Below, piece by piece: positions 47,237 to 57,759 of a stretch of 64,000 nucleotides of DNA. Within the stretch, counting starts at the first letter, position 1. Every line of letters starts with the position of its first letter. The stretch covers positions 530 through 64,529 of the forward strand of contig JAPLJV010000004.1 of NCBI GenBank assembly GCA_026388415.1, read 5' to 3'. This DNA is from Deltaproteobacteria bacterium (lineage in GTDB: Bacteria > Desulfobacterota > Syntrophia > Syntrophales > JACQWR01). The position numbers and the translations under genes are program-made. A model generated the notes under the pieces. That model had not been told where the DNA came from and ran no database searches. It saw only the letters and a list, made by a program, of their open reading frames with translations.

Positions 47237-48315
47237 CGGTCACCTGAAATTAATGTACGGACGGGTTTAAAATCAGCCCCTACAATAGCTTTTGCCTGGT
47301 TGTAAACCGCCAAGGTTGAAATTGAGTCCATGCAACGGAAATCGGTGGGACAAGTTTCCCGCAGGCAAGGACTACAGTCTGTCTTATTATAAATAATTGT
47401 GTTGTTCTCGCCAATGGGACTGGTGGTAACGGGGTTAGTAGATCCGAAGATGGCAATAGTGGGAATATTCAACGCCCCGGCAACATGCATTAGCCCGGAA
47501 TCATTGGAGATAAAGAGAGCGCACCGGGCCATGAGCGCCACAGAAGTGCGCAAGTCAGTTTTACCGGCCAGATCAAGGAGCGGATATTTTGAGGATCTCT
47601 GGACATTCAGGGTGGTTTCACGGTCGGAGGCACCGCCGAAAAGCATGGTTGTGGCGCCAAATTCTTCCCTGAATTTTTCTGCCACGGCGCCGAAGCGATC
47701 GGGAAACCACTTCTTGGCCGGCCCATAGGTGGCGCCCGGCGCCATCCCGATGAGAAGCTGCTCATTATCAATTCCCTGATCCTGGAGCAACCGGCTGGCC
47801 GTCCTTTCATCTTCTCCCGTCAACTTGATAAAGGGTCCAACGCCTGGGTCTCCGCATCCCAAGCTCTGGGCCATTGCCAAATAGTAATGAGACTGATGGA
47901 CTTTTTTGATGGCTTTCGTCATTACAACAGGGTGAGAAAGCAGGCCGCCGCGGACATCAGTATTGTAGCCGGCGCGAACAGGAATGCCTGACAGCCGGGC
48001 AATAATAGCGGCCTCGATGGCGTTTTGGAGCAAAATAGCCATATCGAACCCCTGGGCCTTCAGTTCTCTCGCCAGCCGCAGCTTGCCCAGCATTCCGGCA
48101 TGGATCCCGGGGCTATGATAAATAATAACTTCATCCACCAGCGGGCAGAGTCGGAATATATCTGCCACCCAGGGCTTCACGAGGATAAATATCCGGGCCT
48201 CGGGATAGGTGTTCCTTATGGAGGAGACGGCGGCAAGAGTGAGTATGGCATCGCCGATCCAGTTTGTTCCCCGGATGAGAATCTTATTCACGCCGCTTGT
48301 TGGTAATTTCCTCAT
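47233..48315 (-). CDS. waaF: glycosyltransferase family 9, LPS heptosyltransferase II-like
   Basis: KILIRGTNWIGDAILTLAA N-terminus and NDSGLMHVAGALN. 360 aa. Confidence 0.75.
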   Translation of the reverse strand: MRKLPTSGVNKILIRGTNWIGDAILTLAAVSSIRNTYPEARIFILVKPWVADIFRLCPLVDEVIIYHSPGIHAGMLGKLRLARELKAQGFDMAILLQNAIEAAIIARLSGIPVRAGYNTDVRGGLLSHPVVMTKAIKKVHQSHYYLAMAQSLGCGDPGVGPFIKLTGEDERTASRLLQDQGIDNEQLLIGMAPGATYGPAKKWFPDRFGAVAEKFREEFGATTMLFGGASDRETTLNVQRSSKYPLLDLAGKTDLRTSVALMARCALFISNDSGLMHVAGALNIPTIAIFGSTNPVTTSPIGENNTIIYNKTDCSPCLRETCPTDFRCMDSISTLAVYNQAKAIVGADFKPVRTLISGDR

Positions 48316-48316
48316 A

Positions 48317-49429
48317 TTATTCCCTGTTAAGCGTTTTCAGATTATCCAGAATCAGTTTTAAAAAACCATCCCCGTCCGGGATGAAGGCCATCTCAATGCG
48401 CAAGAGAAATATCTTCGCCAGAAAATCTGGAAAATCGAGCAGTCTTACGCCATCTTTTTCTGTCGTCAGAATTATATCAGCCTGTAAAAGCTGGGCGTGA
48501 GCGGTAATGCCGGCAATCTCAGACGCACTGTAACAATGATGATCCGGAAAGGCTTCAAAACCGGACAGATTCGCACCCAGGTCTTCTATCGTCCGGCGAA
48601 AGGAAAGCGGATTACCGATGCCGGAAAAGGCATAAATTCTTTTACCTTGCAGAAAGGTAAGCGAAAGGGCATCCCTGTCGGCGTCAATGATTGCCCGGGC
48701 CCTGTGACAGCTCTGAAAACAAGGCGCCAAGCCCTTCAAAAATCGCTGCCGGCAGTCAGGCGAACTTGAACCTGCCGGGTTGCCGCTTCCTGTCATTACA
48801 ATGATATCGGCGCGCCGCAGACCGCGGGGCGGCTCCCGCAGGGATCCGCCCGGAAGCAGGCGACCGTTTCCCAGGGGCCGGCTACTTTCCAAAAGCACAA
48901 TATCAATATCCCGATAAAGACCACGGTGCTGAAAGCCGTCATCGAGAATCAGGATATCGGCGCCCAGTTCCTCTATTGCCTTCTTGCCGGTGAGAAAGCG
49001 GCAAGCGCCTACAATTACGGGCGCCTGGGGCAGCAAGAGAGACATCAGAAATGGCTCGTCGCCCGCTTGCCGATGGTCCATCAGGATACGGCAACCATCG
49101 GAAACAACGCCGCTACTTTGGCCTCCGCGGCGCCCGTAGCCACGCGAAAGAACTGCCGGTCGAAAGCCATTCTCCTTCAGCATGCCAGCCAGCAGGATTG
49201 CCAGGGGCGTTTTCCCGGTGCCGCCGACAGTCAGATTACCGATGCTGATCACCGGGCAGGGAAGTTTTTTGGACCGCAGCGTACCCTGGTCATAAAGAAA
49301 ATTCCTCGCGCCAACGGCAAACCGGTAAGGAATGGACAGGATACGAAGCAAGAGAGATAGCAAAGATATAGCTGGAACCTTGCTCTCTCCGTCCCAAATT
49401 ATCCTGATTATTTCGTGGCGGTTAATCAT
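48317..49429 (-). CDS. lpxK: tetraacyldisaccharide 4'-kinase
   Basis: The ISIGNLTVGGTGKTP P-loop in its characteristic LpxK context. 370 aa. Confidence 0.85.
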   Translation of the reverse strand: MINRHEIIRIIWDGESKVPAISLLSLLLRILSIPYRFAVGARNFLYDQGTLRSKKLPCPVISIGNLTVGGTGKTPLAILLAGMLKENGFRPAVLSRGYGRRGGQSSGVVSDGCRILMDHRQAGDEPFLMSLLLPQAPVIVGACRFLTGKKAIEELGADILILDDGFQHRGLYRDIDIVLLESSRPLGNGRLLPGGSLREPPRGLRRADIIVMTGSGNPAGSSSPDCRQRFLKGLAPCFQSCHRARAIIDADRDALSLTFLQGKRIYAFSGIGNPLSFRRTIEDLGANLSGFEAFPDHHCYSASEIAGITAHAQLLQADIILTTEKDGVRLLDFPDFLAKIFLLRIEMAFIPDGDGFLKLILDNLKTLNRE

Positions 49430-49431
49430 TG

Positions 49432-51180
49432 CTACGGTTTCCCGTTGGCCCGATGAGCATCTTCCTCGCGAAATTGCATGTTGTATAACTTGTAATATTC
49501 GCCTCTTACCTCGAGCAGCTCTTCGTGCGTACCTTCTTCCACGATTTCTCCACCCTCAATGACAACAATCCGGTTGGCATGACGAATGGTGGAAAGCCGG
49601 TGCGCGATGACCAGGGTGGTTCTCCCCCGCATAAGATTGTCCAAGGCCTCCTGAACTTCCATCTCCGCCTCCGTATCCAGCGAAGAGGTAGCTTCATCCA
49701 GGATCAGTATCGGGGCATCTTTAAGCAAGGCGCGGGCGATAGAGAGCCTTTGTTTCTCTCCGCCCGAAAGCTTGGTCCCCAGTTCGCCGATTACCGTTTC
49801 GTATCCCTGAGGCATATTAATAATGAATTCATGGGCATTGGCAGCCCGAGCCGCTCGCCTGATGTCCTCCTCAGTCTTGTTGATATCCCCGTAGGCGATA
49901 TTGCTGCGCACCGTATCGTTAAACAGAATGGTCTGCTGGGTAACGATCGCCATCTGGTTCCTGAGCGATTCCATGGTCACCTCGCGGATATCCACATCGT
50001 CAATCAATATTTGACCGGTCGTAACATCGTAAAAACGGGGGATCAAGTTCACCAGGGTAGTCTTGCCGCCGCCGCTCATACCGACAAAGGCAATAACGTC
50101 GCCCGCTTTTATTTTTAAATTGATGTTTTTTAATACCGGCGTTTCTTCGTAGCAAAAAGTGACGTCCCTCAGCTCTATCTCCCGGGATATTTTCGGCAAG
50201 GCCAAAGCCCCCGGTTTATTCTGAATATCGGGCACATTGTCAATCAGACTGAAGACACGCTCGGCGCCGGCGATGCCTTGCTGAATGGTATTATTGACGT
50301 TCGTCAGGCGTTTGATCGGTTCGTAGAGCATGATCAGGGCGGTTAGAAAGGAAAAAAAAGTGCCGGGCGTAGATTTACCATTTATTACCTGGTTCCCGCC
50401 GTAGAATATGATAGCCGCGATGCCGATCCCCCCCAGAAACTCCATAAAGGGGCTGGACAGGGCATTGATTGTCACTGATTTTAAAGTCAGGTTAAAGAGC
50501 CGTTCGTTGTTTTGGGCGAAACGCTGATTTTCGTAATCTTCCCGGCCAAAGGCCTTGACAATGCGGACGCCGGAAATGGTTTCCTGCAGCATGGTGGTCA
50601 ACGATCCCATTGTTACCTGGGTACGGGTGGCCACATTTCTCATTTTCTCGCCGAACTTGGCGATCGGGAAAACGGTGAGCGGGAAAACGAGCATCCCGAT
50701 GATGGCAAGCTGCCAGTCACGGTAGAAAACGACAAAAACCAAGAATATCAATGTGGAAGAATCGCGTAGCAGGCTGGTAACGGCTTCCGAAACGGCGCCT
50801 TGAACATACGCAACATCATTGGTAATGCGGGACATGAGCAGGCCTGTCGGGTTTCTGGTAAAAAACGCCAGCGACTGCTTTTGAATCTGCCAGTAAAGCG
50901 TATTTCTCAGATCGGCAATAATGCGCTGACCGATAAAGCTCATAAGGATGGTCTGAACATAATTACATATCCCCTTCAAGAGATAAAGCGCGATCACCGC
51001 CAGCGGAATCCACCTCAGCATCAAGCCGTTTTTATTGATAAATATCTCATCGAGAGCTGGTTTGACCAAAAAAGCCAACGACGATGTGAGGGCGCCCACC
51101 GTCAGCATGCAAAGCATTGCCAGGACGAATTTTATCAGGTGCGGTCGGGCCAGTTTCAGGAGGCGTTGGAATATCTTCAT
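49432..51180 (-). CDS. msbA: lipid A export ABC transporter (permease-ATPase fusion)
   Basis: Six-TM N-terminal half. Walker A GMSGGGKTT, the LSGGEKQR signature, and Walker B ILILDEATS. Sits between lpxB and lpxK. Confidence 0.85.
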   Translation of the reverse strand: MKIFQRLLKLARPHLIKFVLAMLCMLTVGALTSSLAFLVKPALDEIFINKNGLMLRWIPLAVIALYLLKGICNYVQTILMSFIGQRIIADLRNTLYWQIQKQSLAFFTRNPTGLLMSRITNDVAYVQGAVSEAVTSLLRDSSTLIFLVFVVFYRDWQLAIIGMLVFPLTVFPIAKFGEKMRNVATRTQVTMGSLTTMLQETISGVRIVKAFGREDYENQRFAQNNERLFNLTLKSVTINALSSPFMEFLGGIGIAAIIFYGGNQVINGKSTPGTFFSFLTALIMLYEPIKRLTNVNNTIQQGIAGAERVFSLIDNVPDIQNKPGALALPKISREIELRDVTFCYEETPVLKNINLKIKAGDVIAFVGMSGGGKTTLVNLIPRFYDVTTGQILIDDVDIREVTMESLRNQMAIVTQQTILFNDTVRSNIAYGDINKTEEDIRRAARAANAHEFIINMPQGYETVIGELGTKLSGGEKQRLSIARALLKDAPILILDEATSSLDTEAEMEVQEALDNLMRGRTTLVIAHRLSTIRHANRIVVIEGGEIVEEGTHEELLEVRGEYYKLYNMQFREEDAHRANGKP

Positions 51181-52373
51181 ATGGGTTTGTGCATATCATC
51201 GGAAGTGAAACAAGTATTCAACAGGTTGGCTACGAGATGAGCCGCCCGCTCGGAAGCACCGGGGGCGCCCAACTGGGCTTTAATCTGGGACAAGGCAATT
51301 TTCATCCTGTCTCTGGCGCTTTGGTCGCCAAGCAGCCGGTCTGCCAGTTCGGCCAGACGTTCCGGATTGGCCTCCGTCTGGACCAATTCGGGAACGATTG
51401 TTTTGCCGGCGATTATATTTACTAGACCGATATTTTTCACCTTGATAAGCATTCTACCCAGTAAATAGGTCAACCGGGAGACGCGGTAAATGATGATCAT
51501 CGGTGTTTCCATGAGCCCAGCCTCCAGGGTCGCCGTACCGGAAGCAACGATGGCCAGGTCGGCGGCAGCCAGAATATCATAAATAGCGTTGGAAACAACA
51601 GTAATCTTGAGATTATAACGATTAATGATGCTTTCCACAAAATCACGAGACAGAGTGCTGGCTAACGGCAAAATAAATTGCAGTTCTTGTTGCTGCTGCA
51701 TTATCGTGGCCGCTTGCAGGCATACCGGCAGGAGTTTTGCCACCTCGCCTGGTCTGCTGCCGGGGAGCAAACTGACGGTTTTTACCCCGGCCCGGAGCCC
51801 CAGTTTTTCCCTGGCTTCTTCCTGTGAAGAGGGAGGTGGAATCATGTCTAGGAGCGGATGACCGACGTATTCGGCATTCACGCCGGCCGACCTGTAGATA
51901 GGCGCCTCAAAAGGTAAAATAACTGCCAACTTGTCAACATTACGTCGAATGGTCGTTATCCTGCCCTTTCGCCAGGCCCATATTTGGGGGCTGATGTAGT
52001 AAAATACCTTGATGCCCCTGGCATGGGCTTTGCGCGCCAGGATAAGATTGAAGTCCGGATAATCAACCAGTATTACGGCTACCGGTTTTTTTTCCTGGAA
52101 AGAACGTACTAAACTGTTCATCACCTTGAGGATGACAGGCAACTTCAAGAAGACTTCCGTAAGCCCAATAACAGCCATCGCAGCGGAATCAGCGATTAAT
52201 TCAATCCCTTCCGCACGGAGCTTCTCACCTCCCACCCCGTAATACCGGTACCGGGGTTCAATTCGTTTCAGGGCCCGGACAAGAGCAGCGGCATGCAAGT
52301 CGCCCGAAGCCTCTCCGGCTACCACCATAATATTTTGATCTTCAGAAGAAACCGGCAGTTCTTTCAGCGGCAA
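51177..52373 (-). CDS. lpxB: lipid-A-disaccharide synthase
   Basis: [20 protein letters not shown]-terminus and an LpxB-family body. 398 aa. Confidence 0.9.
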   Translation of the reverse strand: MPLKELPVSSEDQNIMVVAGEASGDLHAAALVRALKRIEPRYRYYGVGGEKLRAEGIELIADSAAMAVIGLTEVFLKLPVILKVMNSLVRSFQEKKPVAVILVDYPDFNLILARKAHARGIKVFYYISPQIWAWRKGRITTIRRNVDKLAVILPFEAPIYRSAGVNAEYVGHPLLDMIPPPSSQEEAREKLGLRAGVKTVSLLPGSRPGEVAKLLPVCLQAATIMQQQQELQFILPLASTLSRDFVESIINRYNLKITVVSNAIYDILAAADLAIVASGTATLEAGLMETPMIIIYRVSRLTYLLGRMLIKVKNIGLVNIIAGKTIVPELVQTEANPERLAELADRLLGDQSARDRMKIALSQIKAQLGAPGASERAAHLVANLLNTCFTSDDMHKPI

Positions 52374-53137
52374 ACACCTCTTTTGGACTTTTGGATAAAG
52401 TCCAGAAAATGTCGGACCTCGACAAAATCAGGGACATCGTTCCTAACCTGGGCGATGGCCTGAGAGAGCAACATACTGGAACGAAAAATAATCCGGTAGG
52501 AATCCTTCAGCGCCTGCAGTACTTCGGCCGAAAAGCCACGCCGTTTCATGCCGATCAGATTAAGGCCGTACAGCCTGGCATGATTGCCCGAGGCCGTGAC
52601 ATAGGGGGGGACATCCTTATTAACGGCTGAAGCGCCGCCAATCATACTATGGGCGCCAATATGGGTGAACTGATGGACACCTGTTAATCCGCCCACCACG
52701 GCATAGTCTTCGATGATAACGTGGCCGGCCAGGTTGGTGCCGTTGGCCAGGACTATGTTGTTAGCCAGGTGGCAGTTGTGGGCAACATGGCAGTAAGCCA
52801 TGATGAGGTTGTGATCGCCGATCATGGTGACGCCAATATCGTCAACAGTGGCTCTATTAATGGTGACGAATTCCCTGATGTTATTGAAATTGCCAATTAC
52901 TACCCTGGTAATTTCTCCCTTGAACTTCAGATCCTGGGGAACGCCGCCGATGCAGGAAAATTGCGAAATCTGGCAGTTTTCACCAATCTCGGTACCAGCT
53001 TCGATTACCACGTGCGAGGCAATGGCGGTGTTGCTGCCGATCCGCACCTGCCGCCCGATAACGCTGTAGGCGCCAATGGTCGCTCCTTCCCCGATATTTA
53101 CATCGGGGGATACTATTGCAGTTGGATGAATATTCAT
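52364..53137 (-). CDS. lpxA: acyl-ACP:UDP-GlcNAc O-acyltransferase
   Basis: [11 protein letters not shown]...; hexapeptide repeats; a C-terminal helical domain. 257 aa. Confidence 0.9.
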   Translation of the reverse strand: MNIHPTAIVSPDVNIGEGATIGAYSVIGRQVRIGSNTAIASHVVIEAGTEIGENCQISQFSCIGGVPQDLKFKGEITRVVIGNFNNIREFVTINRATVDDIGVTMIGDHNLIMAYCHVAHNCHLANNIVLANGTNLAGHVIIEDYAVVGGLTGVHQFTHIGAHSMIGGASAVNKDVPPYVTASGNHARLYGLNLIGMKRRGFSAEVLQALKDSYRIIFRSSMLLSQAIAQVRNDVPDFVEVRHFLDFIQKSKRGVCR

Positions 53138-54177
53138 GACGGATCTATTATTTTACACTCCTCTTCCAGCTTATTTACCCTCATAGTCAGCAAAGACAGC
53201 ATATGCCTCATCTCCGGCAATTTTGCCATTGAGGCGACAACGCGCAACCACATTTTATGGGGCAGGTGCGGCGAGCCGGATACGGTCATGCCTGATGGGA
53301 CATCTTCGTGAATTCCTGATTGTGCGCCGATCATAACCCGATCGCCAATGGCGATGTGTCCCACTAAGCCGGCCTGACCACCAATAATGACACTTTTTCC
53401 CAACCTTGTGCTTCCGGAAATGCCGACTTGGGCGACAATGACGGAATCCTCGCCAATGACAACGTTATGGGCGATCTGGACAAGATTGTCAATTTTAACG
53501 CCCCTTTTAATCCATGTTTTGCCGAGGGTACCGCGGTCAATAGTGCTGTTGGAACCGATTTCCACATCATCGTCAATCTGAACAATGCCCACCTGCGGGA
53601 TTTTAAGGTTATCAGCACCCGGATTGGCATAACCAAAACCATCACCGCCGACCACCACGCCGGCATGCAGGATGACGCGCTTACCGATAATACATTTTCT
53701 GTAAACGCAAACGTTAGGGTAAAGGATCGAATCCTCGTCTATCGAGACATCACGACCGACAAAGACCCCCGGATAAAGAACCACGCCGCGCAATATTCTG
53801 GCGCCCTGGCAAACGGTAGCACCTGGGTAAACAGTGGCCTCCGGCGATATATCAGCGCCCTCCTCCGTGAAAGCCCGGCTGGAAATCCCTGGTGAATGAG
53901 ACTCCTCGGGGCAAAAAATCGCCAGCAGCTTCCCCAGAGCGACGTAAGGATCACCGACAATGATCAGGTTCTTACCGGGGCATTCCGTCCCCGGACGAAC
54001 CAAAATCGCATCCGCGCGGGTGGTTTCTAATTGGCGCAGATATTGCGGATTGGCAATAAAGGTAAGATCCCCTGCGCCTGCTTCTTCGATCGGGTACACA
54101 CGCTCAATTACCACCTCACCGTCACCGACGACGCTACCATTTAAAATACGGGCAATTTCCTTAATTTTCATGGACAA
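53134..54177 (-). CDS. lpxD: UDP-3-O-acylglucosamine N-acyltransferase
   Basis: N-terminal [10 protein letters not shown]...[11 protein letters not shown], long hexapeptide repeats and a C-terminal helix. 347 aa. Confidence 0.9.
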   Translation of the reverse strand: MSMKIKEIARILNGSVVGDGEVVIERVYPIEEAGAGDLTFIANPQYLRQLETTRADAILVRPGTECPGKNLIIVGDPYVALGKLLAIFCPEESHSPGISSRAFTEEGADISPEATVYPGATVCQGARILRGVVLYPGVFVGRDVSIDEDSILYPNVCVYRKCIIGKRVILHAGVVVGGDGFGYANPGADNLKIPQVGIVQIDDDVEIGSNSTIDRGTLGKTWIKRGVKIDNLVQIAHNVVIGEDSVIVAQVGISGSTRLGKSVIIGGQAGLVGHIAIGDRVMIGAQSGIHEDVPSGMTVSGSPHLPHKMWLRVVASMAKLPEMRHMLSLLTMRVNKLEEECKIIDPS

Positions 54178-54198
54178 GTGATTTCCCTTTTAACAATT

Positions 54199-54747
54199 CT
54201 ATTTTTTAGCGGGGTTGGGTTTATAGCTCTTGTTAAAATCGTCCATGACGCGCTTCGTCAGATCTGCCGTTTTGTTGTAGTAGGGTATCGGCATCGCGCT
54301 CAAGTCAAAGATTACGGTATATTTTTCTTTTTCTCCGATGGCATTGACTACCTTTGAGATTTCGGGAATCATACTCTTGGACAGTTCCTGATCCTTCCCC
54401 TGCAAGTCATCATTGGCTTCCTTGACGAGAACCTGATATTCGCGGAATTTCGCCTGATAGGACGTTTCTTTTTCCTTCAAGGCCGCTTCCGTAAGGATCG
54501 AACGCTGCTTCTCGATCTCCTCCCTCAACTTTTGCAGTTCCGACTCCCTGCCCTGAACAATAAGTCTGTTTTTTTCATAAATATTCTTGAATTCAGCCGC
54601 CGCTTTCTTCCCGGACTCGGAATTCATCATGATCTCCCTGATATCCACAAAACCAATCTTCTCCGCACTGATCTTCTCCGCTGCCGGGGCCACCCCCGCC
54701 AGTAACAGGCTGAGCAAGCCGGTGATCAATAGAACATTTTTTTTCAT
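54199..54747 (-). CDS. skp: periplasmic chaperone Skp/OmpH
   Basis: ORF trimmed to MKKNVLLITGLLSLLLAG (signal peptide, AAGGAGAGG SD). A Lys/Glu-rich coiled-coil body. Sits between bamA and lpxD. Confidence 0.8.
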   Translation of the reverse strand: MKKNVLLITGLLSLLLAGVAPAAEKISAEKIGFVDIREIMMNSESGKKAAAEFKNIYEKNRLIVQGRESELQKLREEIEKQRSILTEAALKEKETSYQAKFREYQVLVKEANDDLQGKDQELSKSMIPEISKVVNAIGEKEKYTVIFDLSAMPIPYYNKTADLTKRVMDDFNKSYKPNPAKK

Positions 54748-54776
54748 AAAATCCTCTCCTTTATTGTTAATTGCCT

Positions 54777-57065
54777 CTACATAAACATGCCGATGGTAAA
54801 TTCCCACCTGTTGGACGATTCGTTTTTCTTCTGATCAAGAACATGGCCCCATTCCAGCCGGAGCGGACCTACGGGCGAGTACCAGCGCACACCGATACCC
54901 GCAGTTTGCCTCATATCATAAATGTCATATCTCGATAGCCAACTGTTGCCGGTATCGTAAAAAAGCACCCCTTTCATGCCGGCATCTTTTATCAGCGGGA
55001 AAACAAACTCGGCATTAAAGTTCATCATGGTCAATCCCCCGATCACGTCGCCGGTGAGAGGATCCATCGGCCCTACGGAACGAAGCCCCCGGAGCGAGTT
55101 GATGCCGCCCAGATAAAATCTTTCGTAAACGGGCACTTCCTTGCCATCCCTGCCCTGCAAATAACCCACGCGGCCTCTGACACCGAAAACAGTATCCAGC
55201 GGCAGCGGATAAAACCAGGCTGAAGTAAGCTGGTATTTGACAAAAGCGGCGTCTCCCTGAAGAAATCCGCCGGTATATTCCGTGGAAACACTGCTTTTCG
55301 ATCCCTTCGAGGGGAATATGTTATCATCCGTCGTATCACTGGTAAGCGTAATCGTCAGGCTGCTCGTGGTTATTTGCCCCTTCTGCTTTATTATGTAAGC
55401 GGAAGCCGTATCGGATATATCACCGACGTTATCCTTGCTCAGCTTGTATCCCGTGTACCAGGAGATGTATTGCCAGATCGGATAGCCAAAAGTAAAACCG
55501 GCGCCCTCGGAATCCATTTTGTAGGTATCATAGATGCGATACATTTTCCAGATGTCGGTCTTGGTCCACAGAGGCATGTCGAACAGCCAGGGCTCGATAA
55601 AGGAAAGTTCGTAATTCGCGGAACTGCCCCCGATATTCGCTCTCAGGCTCAAGCTTTGCCCGCGCCCGAAGAGATTCTGCTGGGCGATCTGGGCCGTAAA
55701 GATTGCGTTGTCCAGGGCGCTGTAACCGGCGCCGATACTGAACATCCCCGTCGGCTTTTCCCGGACGCGAATATTTACATTCGTGGAGTTGGCATCGTCA
55801 CCCTTTTCCGTTTGAAAATCAACTTCTTCAAAATACCGGAGCCGATTGATCGCCATGTAGCTCTTCTTTAGATTGGTCTTGCTGTAAAGATCGCCTTCCA
55901 CCACGGTAAGAAGTCTCCTGATGACCTTATCGCGGGTCTTGACGTTGCCGATAATATTTATCCTGTTGAAGTAAACCTGATTACCCTTCGCTACCTGATA
56001 AACGACATCTACCGTCTGCTCCTTGTCCTGGGGAACTGTACGGGGGACGACATCGGCATAGGCATAGCCCTCGTCACTGCAGGCCTGCTGAATTAAATCC
56101 ATATCTTTCATGACCGCTTCCCGGTCATAATAGCGTTTCTTGTTGATCATCAATTTGTCAAGCAGTTCCGCGCGGGAGAGCTTTATCTCATCACCGGCAA
56201 TGCTGACTTTTCCAACCTGATACCGCTTGCCCTCCGTGATCGTTATCTTGACATAGATGCCTTTCTTGTCGTGAATAATTTCCGGTTCACCGACCTGGGC
56301 ATAGATGAAACCATTGTTCAGGTAGAAGGCATTTATCTTCCCAATGTCCTGATTAAGCTGATCTTTCTTCAATAGCCCGGAATCGCTGATAAAATAAAAG
56401 AAGCCCTTTTCATCGGTGGTCATCAGTTTGCGCAGCTCTTTGGCGGTATAAGCCTCATTGCCTGTAAAGCTTATTTGTTCGATATACGACTGCTCGTTTT
56501 CGACGATATTATAGATTACCCGAGCGTCCTTTTCCCCCTCTTTTTCGACAACATCCACCACTTCAGCGTTGTAATAGCCTTTAGTATCGTATAGTTCCTT
56601 GATGCGTCCCGCATCGGCCTTAATTTTTTCACGGTTCAGGATCTGCTTGACCTTGACGACAATGACAGCATCAATATCATCTTTGGATATTTTCTTGTTG
56701 CCGGAAACCTTGATGGAACCGATAATGCCCTGCTCCTGCAAGGTAAAAGTTATTACCAGGCCCTCGGGGACATCGGTAGTCTGGGCGGAGACATCGGTAA
56801 AATAACCCATTTTATATATTGCCTTGATATCCTGGGCTAAATCCGCACTGGAGAAAACACTTCCCGCAGAACTCTTTATCACCTGGCTTATGGCCGGGCT
56901 TTCAATGCGACGGTTGCCCTTGAATTCAATGCGGGCAATTCTTTGCTCCGTTGCCACGCGCATCAGGATCTGTGAATTTTTTGTCTCCTCTGCAAACAGA
57001 CGGGGAGACGCGAAAAAAGGGAAAAGGAGCAACGCGCATATCAGCGACAATTTTTTCTTAGGCAA
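54777..57065 (-). CDS. bamA: outer membrane protein assembly factor BamA
   Basis: POTRA repeats and a C-terminal beta-barrel ending WEFTIGMFM. The start is uncertain: I chose TTG at 57065 (M/LPKKKLSLICALLLF signal peptide) rather than ATG at 57143, which would overlap lolD by 86 nt. Confidence 0.85.
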   Translation of the reverse strand: MPKKKLSLICALLLFPFFASPRLFAEETKNSQILMRVATEQRIARIEFKGNRRIESPAISQVIKSSAGSVFSSADLAQDIKAIYKMGYFTDVSAQTTDVPEGLVITFTLQEQGIIGSIKVSGNKKISKDDIDAVIVVKVKQILNREKIKADAGRIKELYDTKGYYNAEVVDVVEKEGEKDARVIYNIVENEQSYIEQISFTGNEAYTAKELRKLMTTDEKGFFYFISDSGLLKKDQLNQDIGKINAFYLNNGFIYAQVGEPEIIHDKKGIYVKITITEGKRYQVGKVSIAGDEIKLSRAELLDKLMINKKRYYDREAVMKDMDLIQQACSDEGYAYADVVPRTVPQDKEQTVDVVYQVAKGNQVYFNRINIIGNVKTRDKVIRRLLTVVEGDLYSKTNLKKSYMAINRLRYFEEVDFQTEKGDDANSTNVNIRVREKPTGMFSIGAGYSALDNAIFTAQIAQQNLFGRGQSLSLRANIGGSSANYELSFIEPWLFDMPLWTKTDIWKMYRIYDTYKMDSEGAGFTFGYPIWQYISWYTGYKLSKDNVGDISDTASAYIIKQKGQITTSSLTITLTSDTTDDNIFPSKGSKSSVSTEYTGGFLQGDAAFVKYQLTSAWFYPLPLDTVFGVRGRVGYLQGRDGKEVPVYERFYLGGINSLRGLRSVGPMDPLTGDVIGGLTMMNFNAEFVFPLIKDAGMKGVLFYDTGNSWLSRYDIYDMRQTAGIGVRWYSPVGPLRLEWGHVLDQKKNESSNRWEFTIGMFM

Positions 57066-57738
57066 TCGTGTAAATCCTTCCGTCTCCCAGGCCGATACGA
57101 CGCGACATCCGGTCAGCCAGGGATTTATTATGCGTGACGACAATTAAAGTAACACTTTTGGTTTGATTCAAATTGACGAGCATATCTTCAATTTTTATTC
57201 CCGTTGACCTGTCCAGGTTGCCGGTCGGTTCGTCAGCCAGAAGAATTTCCGGCTCCATCATCAATGCCCTGGCCACGGCGGCACGCTGCTGCTCTCCGCC
57301 GGACAACTCGCCGGGTTTGTGCGTCATCCTATCACCAAGCCCTACTTCGTTCAAGATAATTTGTGCCCGTTCCTTAGCCTCACGACGGGACATACCCTGC
57401 AATAAGGCGGGCATCATCGTATTTTCCAGACTCGTAAATTCCGGCAAGAGATTAAAGAATTGAAAGATAAAACCAATGCTGCGGTTGCGGAAACGGGCCA
57501 TTCTATTTTCGTCCCATTGAAAAACATCCACACCATCGAAGAGCACCGCGCCGGAAGTCGGACGATCCAGGGCGCCCAGAATATGGATCAGGGTGCTTTT
57601 GCCCGCTCCCGACACTCCCAGCACCGCCAGCGATTCCCCGGCGGACACGGTAAGATCGAGGCCCTGCAATACCTCAATTCTCTGGGCATCTTTCACATAG
57701 GTCTTCGTCAGATTTTTTATCTCTATCGCCGCTCCCAT
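57058..57738 (-). CDS. lolD: lipoprotein-releasing system ATP-binding protein
   Basis: Walker A GVSGAGKST, LSGGEQQR, ILLADEPTGNLD. 226 aa. Adjacent to lolC/E. Confidence 0.85.
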   Translation of the reverse strand: MGAAIEIKNLTKTYVKDAQRIEVLQGLDLTVSAGESLAVLGVSGAGKSTLIHILGALDRPTSGAVLFDGVDVFQWDENRMARFRNRSIGFIFQFFNLLPEFTSLENTMMPALLQGMSRREAKERAQIILNEVGLGDRMTHKPGELSGGEQQRAAVARALMMEPEILLADEPTGNLDRSTGIKIEDMLVNLNQTKSVTLIVVTHNKSLADRMSRRIGLGDGRIYTIA

Positions 57739-57759
57739 ATCTCCCTTATATACTTTTCA

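Noticed and set aside
53428-53895. 155-aa plus-strand ORF, along with other ORFs inside lpxD and lpxA
   Set aside because: Hexapeptide-repeat genes generate open antisense and alternate frames. The lpxD and lpxA assignments are unambiguous.
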